NCBI GenBank assembly: GCA_963555825.3
Contig: CAUVXB020000002.1
Location: forward strand, 3,104,001 to 3,168,000
From: Alphaproteobacteria bacterium
Lineage (GTDB): Bacteria > Pseudomonadota > Alphaproteobacteria > JAAXGF01
DNA: 64,000 bases
Reading direction: 5' to 3'
Position 1 is the first letter of the stretch, and every line of letters begins with the position of its first letter. A program made the position numbers and the translations under genes. Shown here in pieces: positions 1-8,349 of this stretch. The notes under the pieces were generated by a model, which worked only from the letters and a program-made list of their open reading frames with translations, made no database searches and was not told the origin of the DNA.

Positions 1-436
1 CGAAACGCTGGAGTTCCTGGGTGGCGAGCGCGAGCCGCGCATCGGCGGTGACGACGCTCGCCTCGGCGACGGCGAGCCGCGCCTCGGCGCTGGCGAGCAT
101 CGCCTGCTGCGCCTTGACTTCGGCGGCGGCGAGGTCCCGACGCCAGATCGATCGATCGGGGTTGATCAGTGCGACCACGTCGCCCCGCGCGACCCGGTCG
201 CCGATGTCGACGCGCATCTCGGCCAGCGAACCGCGCGTGTTCGCCGAGATGACGCCGCGCTGGCGCGCGACCAGTCGGCCGATCACGGTGAACGCCTGGA
301 CCAGCGGCTCGCGCGTCACCGCGTCGACGACCACCGCGGTCGCCGGGGCGTCGCCGTCGGTGCCCTGCGCGCGGACGTCGAGCGCCGGCAGCGCGGCGGC
401 GAATGCCGTCACAATCGCGAGAAAGGGAGCTTTCAT
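1..436 (-). CDS. Efflux RND transporter periplasmic adaptor (membrane fusion protein); runs off the window edge
   Basis: Read manually on the - strand from ATG 436: MKAPFLAIVTAFAAALPALDVRAQ (signal peptide), then VVVDAVTREPLVQAFTVIGRLVAR..ISANTRGSLAEMRVDIGDRVARGDVVALI (biotinyl/lipoyl-like half motif) and an Ala-rich coiled coil. Not in the ORF track. Confidence 0.8.
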   Translation of the reverse strand, partial: MKAPFLAIVTAFAAALPALDVRAQGTDGDAPATAVVVDAVTREPLVQAFTVIGRLVARQRGVISANTRGSLAEMRVDIGDRVARGDVVALINPDRSIWRRDLAAAEVKAQQAMLASAEARLAVAEASVVTADARLALATQELQRF

Positions 437-595
437 GGCGCGCGGAGTGTACATCAACCAGGCGTACCGGACCAAACGAGAACGCCAGGCCGCCAGGGGT
501 CATTGGGCTGGCGCCGGGCCGACGACTATGGAACAGTAGGCATACCTACGTTCTTGGGCGAAGATGTCAAGTCACCGGCAGCGCTACGAGGTCCC

Positions 596-1522
596 ATGAC
601 GACCATCGTTTACACCCACCCGATCTGTATTCAGCACGCCCCCGGGCCATATCATCCGGAATCTCCCGGCCGCCTGAAGGCGGTGATCGAGGCGCTGGAC
701 GCGCCTGAGTTCGTCGGCGTCGAGCGACGCGAAGCGCCAATCGCCGAACGCGCCCAGATCGAACGCGTCCACGACGCCGACTACGTCGAGACGGTGCTCG
801 CCGCGATTCCAGCAACGGGCCGCGTGCATCTCGATCCCGACACGGCGGTCTCGCCGGCCTCGGGCGAGGCGGCGTTGCGCGCCGCCGGCGCGGTCTGCGC
901 GGCGGTCGACGCGGTGGTCGGCGGCGAGGCGCGCAATGCGTTCTGCGCCGTGCGCCCGCCGGGCCATCACGCCGAAAGGGCCCGGGCCATGGGCTTTTGC
1001 CTGTTCAACAACGTCGCGGTCGGCGCGGCGCACGCGCGCACCGTCCATGGGCTCGGTCGTGTCGCCGTGATCGACTTCGACGTCCACCACGGCAACGGCA
1101 CCCAGGCGATTTTCGCCGCCGACGCCGACCTCTTCTACGCCTCGACGCACCAGTATCCCTTCTACCCCGGTACCGGCGGGCGAGACGAAACGGGCGTCGG
1201 CAACATCGTCAACATGCCGCTCGCGGCGGGCAGCGGCTCGGACGAGTTCCGCCAGGCGATGACGCGTGAGATTCTGCCGGCGTTGCGCGCCTTCGGGCCC
1301 GATCTGGTGTGCATCTCGGCCGGTTTCGACGCCCATGTCGACGATCCTCTTGCGCAGCTCCGCTTCACCGAGGACGACTACCAATGGGCGACGGCCGAGA
1401 TCGCAAAGGCGGCGGACGAATGCTGTGACGGCCGGCTGGTCTCGACGCTCGAGGGCGGCTACGATCTGGCGGCGCTGGGGCGCTCCTGCGCGACCCACGT
1501 CCGCGCCTTGATGGCGGCATAA
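596..1522 (+). CDS. Histone deacetylase family protein (AcuC/AphA-like)
   Basis: HPESPGRL, RPPGHHAE, GFCLFNNVA, DFDVHHGNGT, SAGFDAH, LEGGY motifs. Confidence 0.93.
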   Translation: MTTIVYTHPICIQHAPGPYHPESPGRLKAVIEALDAPEFVGVERREAPIAERAQIERVHDADYVETVLAAIPATGRVHLDPDTAVSPASGEAALRAAGAVCAAVDAVVGGEARNAFCAVRPPGHHAERARAMGFCLFNNVAVGAAHARTVHGLGRVAVIDFDVHHGNGTQAIFAADADLFYASTHQYPFYPGTGGRDETGVGNIVNMPLAAGSGSDEFRQAMTREILPALRAFGPDLVCISAGFDAHVDDPLAQLRFTEDDYQWATAEIAKAADECCDGRLVSTLEGGYDLAALGRSCATHVRALMAA

Positions 1523-1603
1523 CCCGGAATTCTTACCATGGACAGGCGCGACCCACGCGGTGACGGATTTCGATCGGCGGGTTTGAATTAGGACCGATTG
1601 CAA

Positions 1604-1678
1604 TTAAGGGGACGTGATAATTAATTATACGGTGACAGTATACTCAATTGGTGTGAATTAAGTATCACGTCGCCTTAA
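1604..1678. repeat. AT-rich REP-like palindrome
   Basis: Arms ttaaggggacgtgataattaatt (1604-1626) and aattaagtatcacgtcgccttaa (1656-1678): 23-bp inverted repeat with 2 mismatches. Confidence 0.7.
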
Positions 1679-1811
1679 CTATTCGCCTGATTTTCCTCGC
1701 CTGTCGCCCGATATCGGCCGTGCCGCCGGCCTGCTTGGCGAGAATTTCGGGCGAAGTGGTGTTGTCAGCCAACGGGTCGGTGCGTACACTTCCGGCGCCA
1801 GGGAAGGGGGC

Positions 1812-2066
1812 GTGATGGCCAAGACTGAGATACCGGACGACATCGCCAAGATGAGCTTCGAGGACGCGCTCAAGACGCTCGAGGACATCGTGCGCGATCT
1901 CGAATCGGGCGAGGGCAAGCTCGACGGCGCGATCGCGTCGTATGAGCGCGGTGCGCTCTTGAAGCGCCACTGCGAGGCCAAGCTCAAAGACGCTCAGCAG
2001 AAGGTCGACAAGATCGTCGCCGCCGGCGACGGCACGCTCGGCACCAAACCGGCCGACGAGGACTGA
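1812..2066 (+). CDS. xseB: Exodeoxyribonuclease VII small subunit
   Basis: MSFEDALKTLEDIVRDLESG..LDGAIASYERGALLKRHCEAKLKDAQQKV; upstream of ispA. Confidence 0.95.
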   Translation: MMAKTEIPDDIAKMSFEDALKTLEDIVRDLESGEGKLDGAIASYERGALLKRHCEAKLKDAQQKVDKIVAAGDGTLGTKPADED

Positions 2067-2076
2067 GGACGCCCCC

Positions 2077-2964
2077 TTGACCGACGTCGAGACCGCGTTG
2101 CGCGAAACCGCGGCCGCGGTCGACGCGACCCTCGATGGGCTGCTGCCCGCGCCAGAAGGCGCCGAGGCGCGCGTCGCCGAGGCGATGCGCTATGCGACGC
2201 TCGCCGGCGGCAAGCACTTGCGGCCCCATCTGGTGGTCGCCGGCGCCGACGTCTTCGACGTGCCGCGCGCGGCCGCGCTGCGCGCCGGCGCCGCGGTCGA
2301 GATGATCCACAGCTATTCCCTGGTGCACGACGACCTGCCGGCGATGGACGACGACGACCTCAGGCGCGGCCAGCCGACCTGCCACGTCGCCTTCGACGAG
2401 GCGACCGCGATTCTCGCCGGCGACGGCCTGCTGACACTGGCCTTCGAGGTGCTGGCGGCGCCCGAGACCCACGCCGACGCGGCGGTGCGCTGCCGGCTGG
2501 CCGCGGGGCTCGCGGCGGCGGCCGGCGCGCGCGGCATGGTCGGCGGCCAGATGATCGACCTCGCGGCCGAGGGCCGGACGCTCGATCTCGATGCGATCAG
2601 CCACCTGCAGGCGCTCAAGACCGGCGCGCTGATCACCTTTTCCTGCGAAGCCGGCGCGATCCTCGGCGAGGCGACCGACGACGAGCGCGCGGCGCTCGTC
2701 GGTTACGGCCGAGACCTCGGGCTGGCGTTCCAGATTGCCGACGATCTGCTCGATGTCGAGGGCAGCGAGGCCGTCATGGGCAAGGCGGTCGGTAAGGACG
2801 CGGACGCCGGCAAGGCGACCTTCGTCAGCCTGCTCGGCGTCGCGGGTGCGCGCGAGCACGGCCGCGCCACCGTCGACCGCGCGATCGCGCGGCTCGCGGT
2901 GTTCGGCGACAGGGCCGCGCTGCTTTCCGCGACCGCCCGCTTCGTCATCGACCGGCGTCACTGA
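2077..2964 (+). CDS. ispA: Farnesyl diphosphate synthase (polyprenyl synthetase)
   Basis: GGKHLRP, SLVHDDLPAMDDDDLRRG, FQIADDLLD, GKD..GKATF motifs. Confidence 0.93.
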   Translation: MTDVETALRETAAAVDATLDGLLPAPEGAEARVAEAMRYATLAGGKHLRPHLVVAGADVFDVPRAAALRAGAAVEMIHSYSLVHDDLPAMDDDDLRRGQPTCHVAFDEATAILAGDGLLTLAFEVLAAPETHADAAVRCRLAAGLAAAAGARGMVGGQMIDLAAEGRTLDLDAISHLQALKTGALITFSCEAGAILGEATDDERAALVGYGRDLGLAFQIADDLLDVEGSEAVMGKAVGKDADAGKATFVSLLGVAGAREHGRATVDRAIARLAVFGDRAALLSATARFVIDRRH

Positions 2965-2967
2965 GCG

Positions 2968-3708
2968 ATGGCCACCAAGCAGCGTCTCGACAGGCTGCTC
3001 GTCGAGCGCGGCCTGGCGTCGAGCCGCGGCGAGGCACAGGCGCTGATCATGGCGGGCCGCGTGTTTCGCGGCGAGCAGCGGCTCGACAAATCGGGCACCA
3101 GCGTCCCGACCGACGCGCCGCTCGAGGTGCGCGGCCGACCGCATCCATGGGTTTCGCGCGGCGGCGTCAAGCTGATCGGGGCGCTCGACCACTTCGGTCT
3201 CGACCCGGCCGGTCGAGTTGCGCTTGACGTCGGCGCCTCGACGGGCGGCTTCACCGACGTTCTCCTGACGCGCGGCGCGGCCAAGGTCTACGCCGTCGAC
3301 GTCGGCCGCGGCCAGCTCGCCTGGAAGCTGCGCGAAGACCCGCGCGTCGTCGTGCTCGAAGGCGTCAACGCGCGCTATCTCGGCGCCGGCGAGGTGCCCG
3401 AGCCGGTTGCGGCGGTGGTCTGCGACGCAAGTTTCATCGGCCTCGAGACCGTGCTGCCCGCGCCGCTCGCGCTCGCCGAGCCGGGCGCCTGGCTGGTCGC
3501 GCTGATCAAGCCGCAGTTCGAGGCCGGCCGGGCGCGCGTCGGCAAGGGCGGCATCGTGCGCGATGTCGCGGTACGCGAAGCCGTGCGCGAGCGGATCAGC
3601 GGCTGGCTCGATGGACGCGACGGGTGGCGGGTGATCGGCGCCATCGAAAGCCCGATTACGGGCGCCGACGGCAATGTCGAGTTCCTGCTTGCGGCCGCTC
3701 TGAAATAG
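2968..3708 (+). CDS. tlyA: TlyA family rRNA 2'-O-methyltransferase
   Basis: S4 domain (RLDRLLVERGL), VSRGGVKL, DVGASTGGFTD, LIKPQFE, SPITGADGNVEF. Confidence 0.93.
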   Translation: MATKQRLDRLLVERGLASSRGEAQALIMAGRVFRGEQRLDKSGTSVPTDAPLEVRGRPHPWVSRGGVKLIGALDHFGLDPAGRVALDVGASTGGFTDVLLTRGAAKVYAVDVGRGQLAWKLREDPRVVVLEGVNARYLGAGEVPEPVAAVVCDASFIGLETVLPAPLALAEPGAWLVALIKPQFEAGRARVGKGGIVRDVAVREAVRERISGWLDGRDGWRVIGAIESPITGADGNVEFLLAAALK

Positions 3709-3712
3709 GAAC

Positions 3713-6271
3713 CTATTCGTCGAGAGTGGCGAGGCGTTCCTCGGCGACCTGGGTGATGCGTTCGCGAATATCCGGATTGTCGTTGAGCAGGGTGCGGAAC
3801 TCCTTGACGTAGAGCACCAGCACTTGGCAGTAACCGAGTGCCGTGATGTCCGCCATACGCGGTGTATCCTTCAACAGCGCGATCTCGCCGAAGAAATCGC
3901 CGCTGCCGAGGCGTACCGGCTCGGGCTGGATGTCGACCTCGACGGCGCCGGTCGAAATGTAATACATGGCGTCGCCCGCGTCGCCCTTGCTGACCAGGCG
4001 CTCGCCGGGCAGCACGAGTTGGGGCTTCAGGAGATTGGCGATCTCCTTGATGCGCGCCGCGTCGAGGTCGGCGAAGTAGGGCACCTTGGCGACCAGCTTC
4101 TCGGGCTCGAGGCCGAGGTCGAGGCGCGGCCGGCTGTCGATCGCGTCGGTGCGTGTGCGCATCTTTGCCTCGAGGTCGGAATAGACCTCTTGGTTGATGA
4201 TCGCCTGATCCAGCAGCGAACTGTAATTGGTGTCCTCGAGACGCAACGCGACGCGCTCGATGAGTCGTTCCTGCAACGTCTTGGCGTATTCGGGGTATTG
4301 CAGGCGGAGCGCCTCGAGCTGCTGGCGTGTGGCGTCCAGGCGCCGCTCTAGCACCGCGCCGAGTTCGTTGCCGATCGCCGCGCCGAAGACCGGCGCGATG
4401 CGCTCGCGGTTATGGACGATCAACTCGCGCACCACCATCTGGGTCGCGAGCAGCCGCTCGAAGCGGTCGGCCAGCCCGTTCGCCAGCGGTCGCGTGACGC
4501 CGCACATGCGCTGCAGGTTGAGCGCCATGCGGAACCACCTGGTGAAACCGAGCGTCTCCTCGACCGCGGCATCATAGCCCTCGACGCCGCCCGCCTTGAG
4601 ACCGTCCATTATCGTGTCGGCCTGTCCGTACAGACGCCGGGCGATGGTCGGCGAGATAAAACCCTGGGTGAAATAGTTGAGGTAGAGGCTGCGTTCGTCG
4701 CTGATCAGCGCGGTGAGGCCGGTCTTGACGCGGTCGGCCTCGGAGATCTCGCCGGTACCGGCCATTTCGGCCTCGATCTCGGCGAGCCGCGCGTCGTAGC
4801 GGCCGGCGAACTCGTCGACGACCCCATCGGCGAAATCGTAATCGCGCGCCGCGACCTGCAAATCGTCGCGGATGGCCGAGAGCGACATCGCGAGCACCCG
4901 GTTGCGCGTGTCGATGTCGCCGGGCGACAGCTTGTCGAGGCCGAGCATGGCCAGCAGCGGTTTCATGGTGACCGCGTTGACGAATAGCGTGAACATGACG
5001 AAGCCGGTAACCAGCACGACGACGAAGGTGCGAAGCTCGATCGGCAGCGCCTCGTTCTCGAGGATCGCCAACGCCAGCGCCAGCGACACCGCGCCGCGCA
5101 GGCCGCCCCAGAACATGACCGTGGTGTAGGCGCGGCTGACATCGCCGACCAGCCGGGCGGCGACGAAAACCGGCAGCAGGCCATAGAGGATCGCGGCGCG
5201 CACGCCGATCGCGGCGACGATCAGGACGGCGAGCAGGCCGAGCATCGTTCCCCAGCCCATCTCTTCGATGCCGAGCGCTAATACGTCCGGTACCGCCAGG
5301 CCGACCAGTACGAAGATCAGTGAGTTGGCCCAGAAGCCGATTTGTTCCCAGATCTCGACCAATCCGTGCCACGTCGCCGGCGAGACCGTCGTGCGGCCGT
5401 AGGAGCCGACCACCAGCGCCGCGGTGACCACCGCCATGACGCCCGAGACGTGGAGGTAGTGCTCGGCGAGGACGAAGGAGAGATAAGAGAGACTCACGGT
5501 CAACGTGATCTCGGCGAGTGGCACGCGATGGAGCCGGCCGATCACCCAACAAATGACGTGGGCGAAGATGTAGCCGACGATGACGCCGCCCAGGAAGACG
5601 CGCACGAAGGCGATCGCGCCGCCGAGCAGATCGGCCTCGGCGCCGCCCTCGATCATGGCGAGCAGGATGCCGAACAAGACGATCGCCGTGGCGTCGTTGA
5701 ACAGGCTCTCGCCCTCGACCAGGATGGCCAACCGCTTGGGCGCGCCCAGGTCCTTGAAGATGGCGACCACGGCGACCGGGTCGGTCGCCGAGACGATGGC
5801 GCCGAGCAACAGACAGACGACCAGGGAGACATCGGCGAAGGGATAGATCGCGCCGGCGACGACGAAGGTCGAAATCAACAACCCGACGATGGCGAGCAGC
5901 AGGATCGAGCCGATGTCGTCGAAGAGCTTGCGCACGTCGATCGAGAGCGCCGATTCGAACACCAGGGCGGGCAGGAAGATGAAGAACACGGCCTCGGACG
6001 TGATCGAGAAGCCGTCGAGCGCGGCGAAGAAGTCGCCCAAGATGCCCATGCCCTCGACGTCGTGGAGCGCCTGGACCGTGAAGCCGAAGACGATGCCGAG
6101 GGCGGCCAGCAGCACCGTGAAGGGAAAGTCGAGGCGCCGCGCGACCGGCAACAATAGGCTGGTGATCGCCAACAGCCCGGTCAGTCCGAGGACCGTGATA
6201 AAGGTTCCGTGGATAGCCCTGCCTCCCCCAGCTCGGCGCGTCCTCGGCGGATTTATCTTGCGCGCTTCCAA
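3713..6271 (-). CDS. CPA1 Na+/H+ antiporter with C-terminal cyclic-nucleotide-binding domain (start uncertain, possibly 6214)
   Basis: SATDPVAV, EGESLFNDA, GGLRGAVSLALAL; C-terminal GDFFGEIALL..PRMADITA cNMP motif. Confidence 0.88.
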   Translation of the reverse strand: MEARKINPPRTRRAGGGRAIHGTFITVLGLTGLLAITSLLLPVARRLDFPFTVLLAALGIVFGFTVQALHDVEGMGILGDFFAALDGFSITSEAVFFIFLPALVFESALSIDVRKLFDDIGSILLLAIVGLLISTFVVAGAIYPFADVSLVVCLLLGAIVSATDPVAVVAIFKDLGAPKRLAILVEGESLFNDATAIVLFGILLAMIEGGAEADLLGGAIAFVRVFLGGVIVGYIFAHVICWVIGRLHRVPLAEITLTVSLSYLSFVLAEHYLHVSGVMAVVTAALVVGSYGRTTVSPATWHGLVEIWEQIGFWANSLIFVLVGLAVPDVLALGIEEMGWGTMLGLLAVLIVAAIGVRAAILYGLLPVFVAARLVGDVSRAYTTVMFWGGLRGAVSLALALAILENEALPIELRTFVVVLVTGFVMFTLFVNAVTMKPLLAMLGLDKLSPGDIDTRNRVLAMSLSAIRDDLQVAARDYDFADGVVDEFAGRYDARLAEIEAEMAGTGEISEADRVKTGLTALISDERSLYLNYFTQGFISPTIARRLYGQADTIMDGLKAGGVEGYDAAVEETLGFTRWFRMALNLQRMCGVTRPLANGLADRFERLLATQMVVRELIVHNRERIAPVFGAAIGNELGAVLERRLDATRQQLEALRLQYPEYAKTLQERLIERVALRLEDTNYSSLLDQAIINQEVYSDLEAKMRTRTDAIDSRPRLDLGLEPEKLVAKVPYFADLDAARIKEIANLLKPQLVLPGERLVSKGDAGDAMYYISTGAVEVDIQPEPVRLGSGDFFGEIALLKDTPRMADITALGYCQVLVLYVKEFRTLLNDNPDIRERITQVAEERLATLDE

Positions 6272-6423
6272 GAAAGCTTACCGCTATTGCCATCCATCTA
6301 CAACGAAAGACCGAGCGGGCCGCTGACCATTCCCGCCAGATCGAAAATCGCGCTGTGATGACGGAAACAACTGATACAAGGTAGCCAAACTTGTCGAATG
6401 CCTCGCAGCGAAGGGTGGCCCAG

Positions 6424-7575
6424 ATGGCGATTTTCTCCGCGACCGAGATTGCTCGCAGGCATAAGGCGGTCCGCGATCGTATGACCGATACCGACGCGGT
6501 CGTCGCGTTCTCGTTCTTCAACGCCTATTACCTGACCGGCGTGCCGATCTTGGGCTGGGGCCGGCCGACGATCGCGATCCTGCCCAAGGACGGCGATCCG
6601 ACGATCGTCGCCGCCGGCGGCGAGCTGGCGCGCATTCGCAAATACGCGCCGATCGACGACGTCCGCACCTATTCCGACCTCGACGGCCCCAATGTGAACG
6701 CGAGCCTGAGGCTGACCGCCGATGTCATCACGTCGCTCGGCGCGCGGCGCATCGGTGTCGACGCGAACGGCACGCCGGCGGCGACACTCGACATGCTCCG
6801 GGACCTGCTGGACGGCGTCGACATTGTCGACGTCTCCGAGATATTGGACGACGAGAAGGCGGTGTTCTCCGATGAGGAGCTCGGCCATGTCCGCGCCGTC
6901 GCCGACATTCTCGATCACGGCATGACGCGCTATCTCGACACCGCCCGGCTCGGCATGGCAGAAATCGTCCTGGCGGGCCGCGCGATGGTCGCCATGATGG
7001 AGTTCGCGGCGACGCAATACCCGGCCGCCGAGGTCCGCGTGAACTGCTACAGCCAGCAGGGCCTGCGTACGCTCGAGCCGCACACCGCGTCGACCGGCGC
7101 GCCGCTCGAGGCCGGCCAGCTGATGTGCGTCGTCATGGAGGCCTACGTCTGGAACTACCAGGGCGCGCTCGAGCGGACCATCGCGTTGGGCGACATCCCG
7201 GCCGACGCCCAGCGCCTCAACACCGCCATCGTCGAGGCGCAGCAGCGCGCCTTCGAGGCGATCGGCCCGGGCACGCCGATGAGCGAGGTCGACCGGGTTT
7301 CCCGCGCGGTCTTCGAGGCCGCCGGGTTCGCCGTCGCGCCGTCGGGCGCGGGACTCGGCCGTGGCCTGCTGACCGAGTGGGACGGCCGCTTGGACCGGAT
7401 GAACCTGCGCGCCTACAACGACCGGACGATGGTCCCGAACATGGTCTTCACGGTCGAGCCGTTCACCTTCGCCGAGAACATCGGCGCGCCGCGCCACTGC
7501 GATCTCGTCCGGGTCGCCGACGACGGGCGGGAGATCCTCAACAAGGCCCGTTCCGGCTACCTCGTGATCCGCTAG
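6424..7575 (+). CDS. M24 / creatinase-like pita-bread fold hydrolase
   Basis: N-terminal FSATEIARR..NAYYLTG creatinase-N-like domain; GALERT; MVFTVEP. Confidence 0.75.
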   Translation: MAIFSATEIARRHKAVRDRMTDTDAVVAFSFFNAYYLTGVPILGWGRPTIAILPKDGDPTIVAAGGELARIRKYAPIDDVRTYSDLDGPNVNASLRLTADVITSLGARRIGVDANGTPAATLDMLRDLLDGVDIVDVSEILDDEKAVFSDEELGHVRAVADILDHGMTRYLDTARLGMAEIVLAGRAMVAMMEFAATQYPAAEVRVNCYSQQGLRTLEPHTASTGAPLEAGQLMCVVMEAYVWNYQGALERTIALGDIPADAQRLNTAIVEAQQRAFEAIGPGTPMSEVDRVSRAVFEAAGFAVAPSGAGLGRGLLTEWDGRLDRMNLRAYNDRTMVPNMVFTVEPFTFAENIGAPRHCDLVRVADDGREILNKARSGYLVIR

Positions 7576-7617
7576 GCCCGACCACGCCGCCCGCCGGCCT
7601 CCGATCGAGGGCCGGCG

Positions 7618-7645
7618 TGAAACCTTTGCCGTGCCCCGGTGTACT
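7618..7645 (+). promoter_or_regulatory. Possible ECF-type promoter upstream of the ECF sigma gene
   Basis: tgaaac-(~17 nt)-tgtact resembles the AAC -35 / GTx -10 pattern of autoregulated ECF promoters; inference only. Confidence 0.25.
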
Positions 7646-7679
7646 GTTGAATGATGTGGGCAATTCGGTGGCGTAGAAG

Positions 7680-8349
7680 GTGCATGGCCTCGTGACAGCG
7701 CGATCAGGCGATCTGGCGAGCGACGATCCCGGCCAAGAACAACGGGTCGTCGACCTCGAAGAGCGGACCTGGCTGCCGCGACACTGTCGCGGCGACGCGG
7801 CGGCGTTCCCGGCCCTGCTCGAGGCCTATCGGCGCCCGGTTTACACTTATCTGGTGCGCTTCGGCTCTGGTGCGCTTCGGCGTCGCGGCGGGCGACCGCG
7901 ACGATGTCTTTCAGGGCATCTTCCTCAAGGTTCACGCCGCCGCCGGATCGTACCAACCGGCCCGCCCGTTGGCGCCGTGGATCTTCACCATCGTCGCCAA
8001 CACGGTGCGCAACCACCGGCGCGATGGGCGCGCCCACGAAACCGAGACCTCGGACGACGCGGCGCCGGAAACCGCCGACCCGCGGCCGGGCCCGGAGCAG
8101 GTCGCCGAGGCGCGCGAGACGGTCGCCTGGCTCGAACGCGCCATCGCCGCGCTGCCCACCGCCCAACGCGAAGTCCTGCTGCTGACCGCCATCGCCGGCT
8201 TTGGGCAGCGCCAAGTCGCCGAGACACTCGATATGCCTGTCAACACGGTCAAGACGCATCTACGCCGCGCGCGCCTGACCCTGGTCGAAGCGATGGCCCG
8301 CCGCGACGCCGCGGCCGGCCCGATTGGAGATCAACATGAACAGCTGTGA
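7680..8349 (+). pseudogene. ECF sigma-70 factor, frameshifted by a 16-bp tandem duplication
   Basis: Region 2 begins in ORF 7680 (GDAAAFPALLEAYRRPVYTYLVRFG) and continues in ORF 7870 (DRDDVFQGIFLKVH..WIFTIVANTVRN; region 4 LPTAQREVLLL..LDMPVNTVKTHLRRAR). tctggtgcgcttcggc occurs twice (7850-7865, 7866-7881). Confidence 0.85.
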
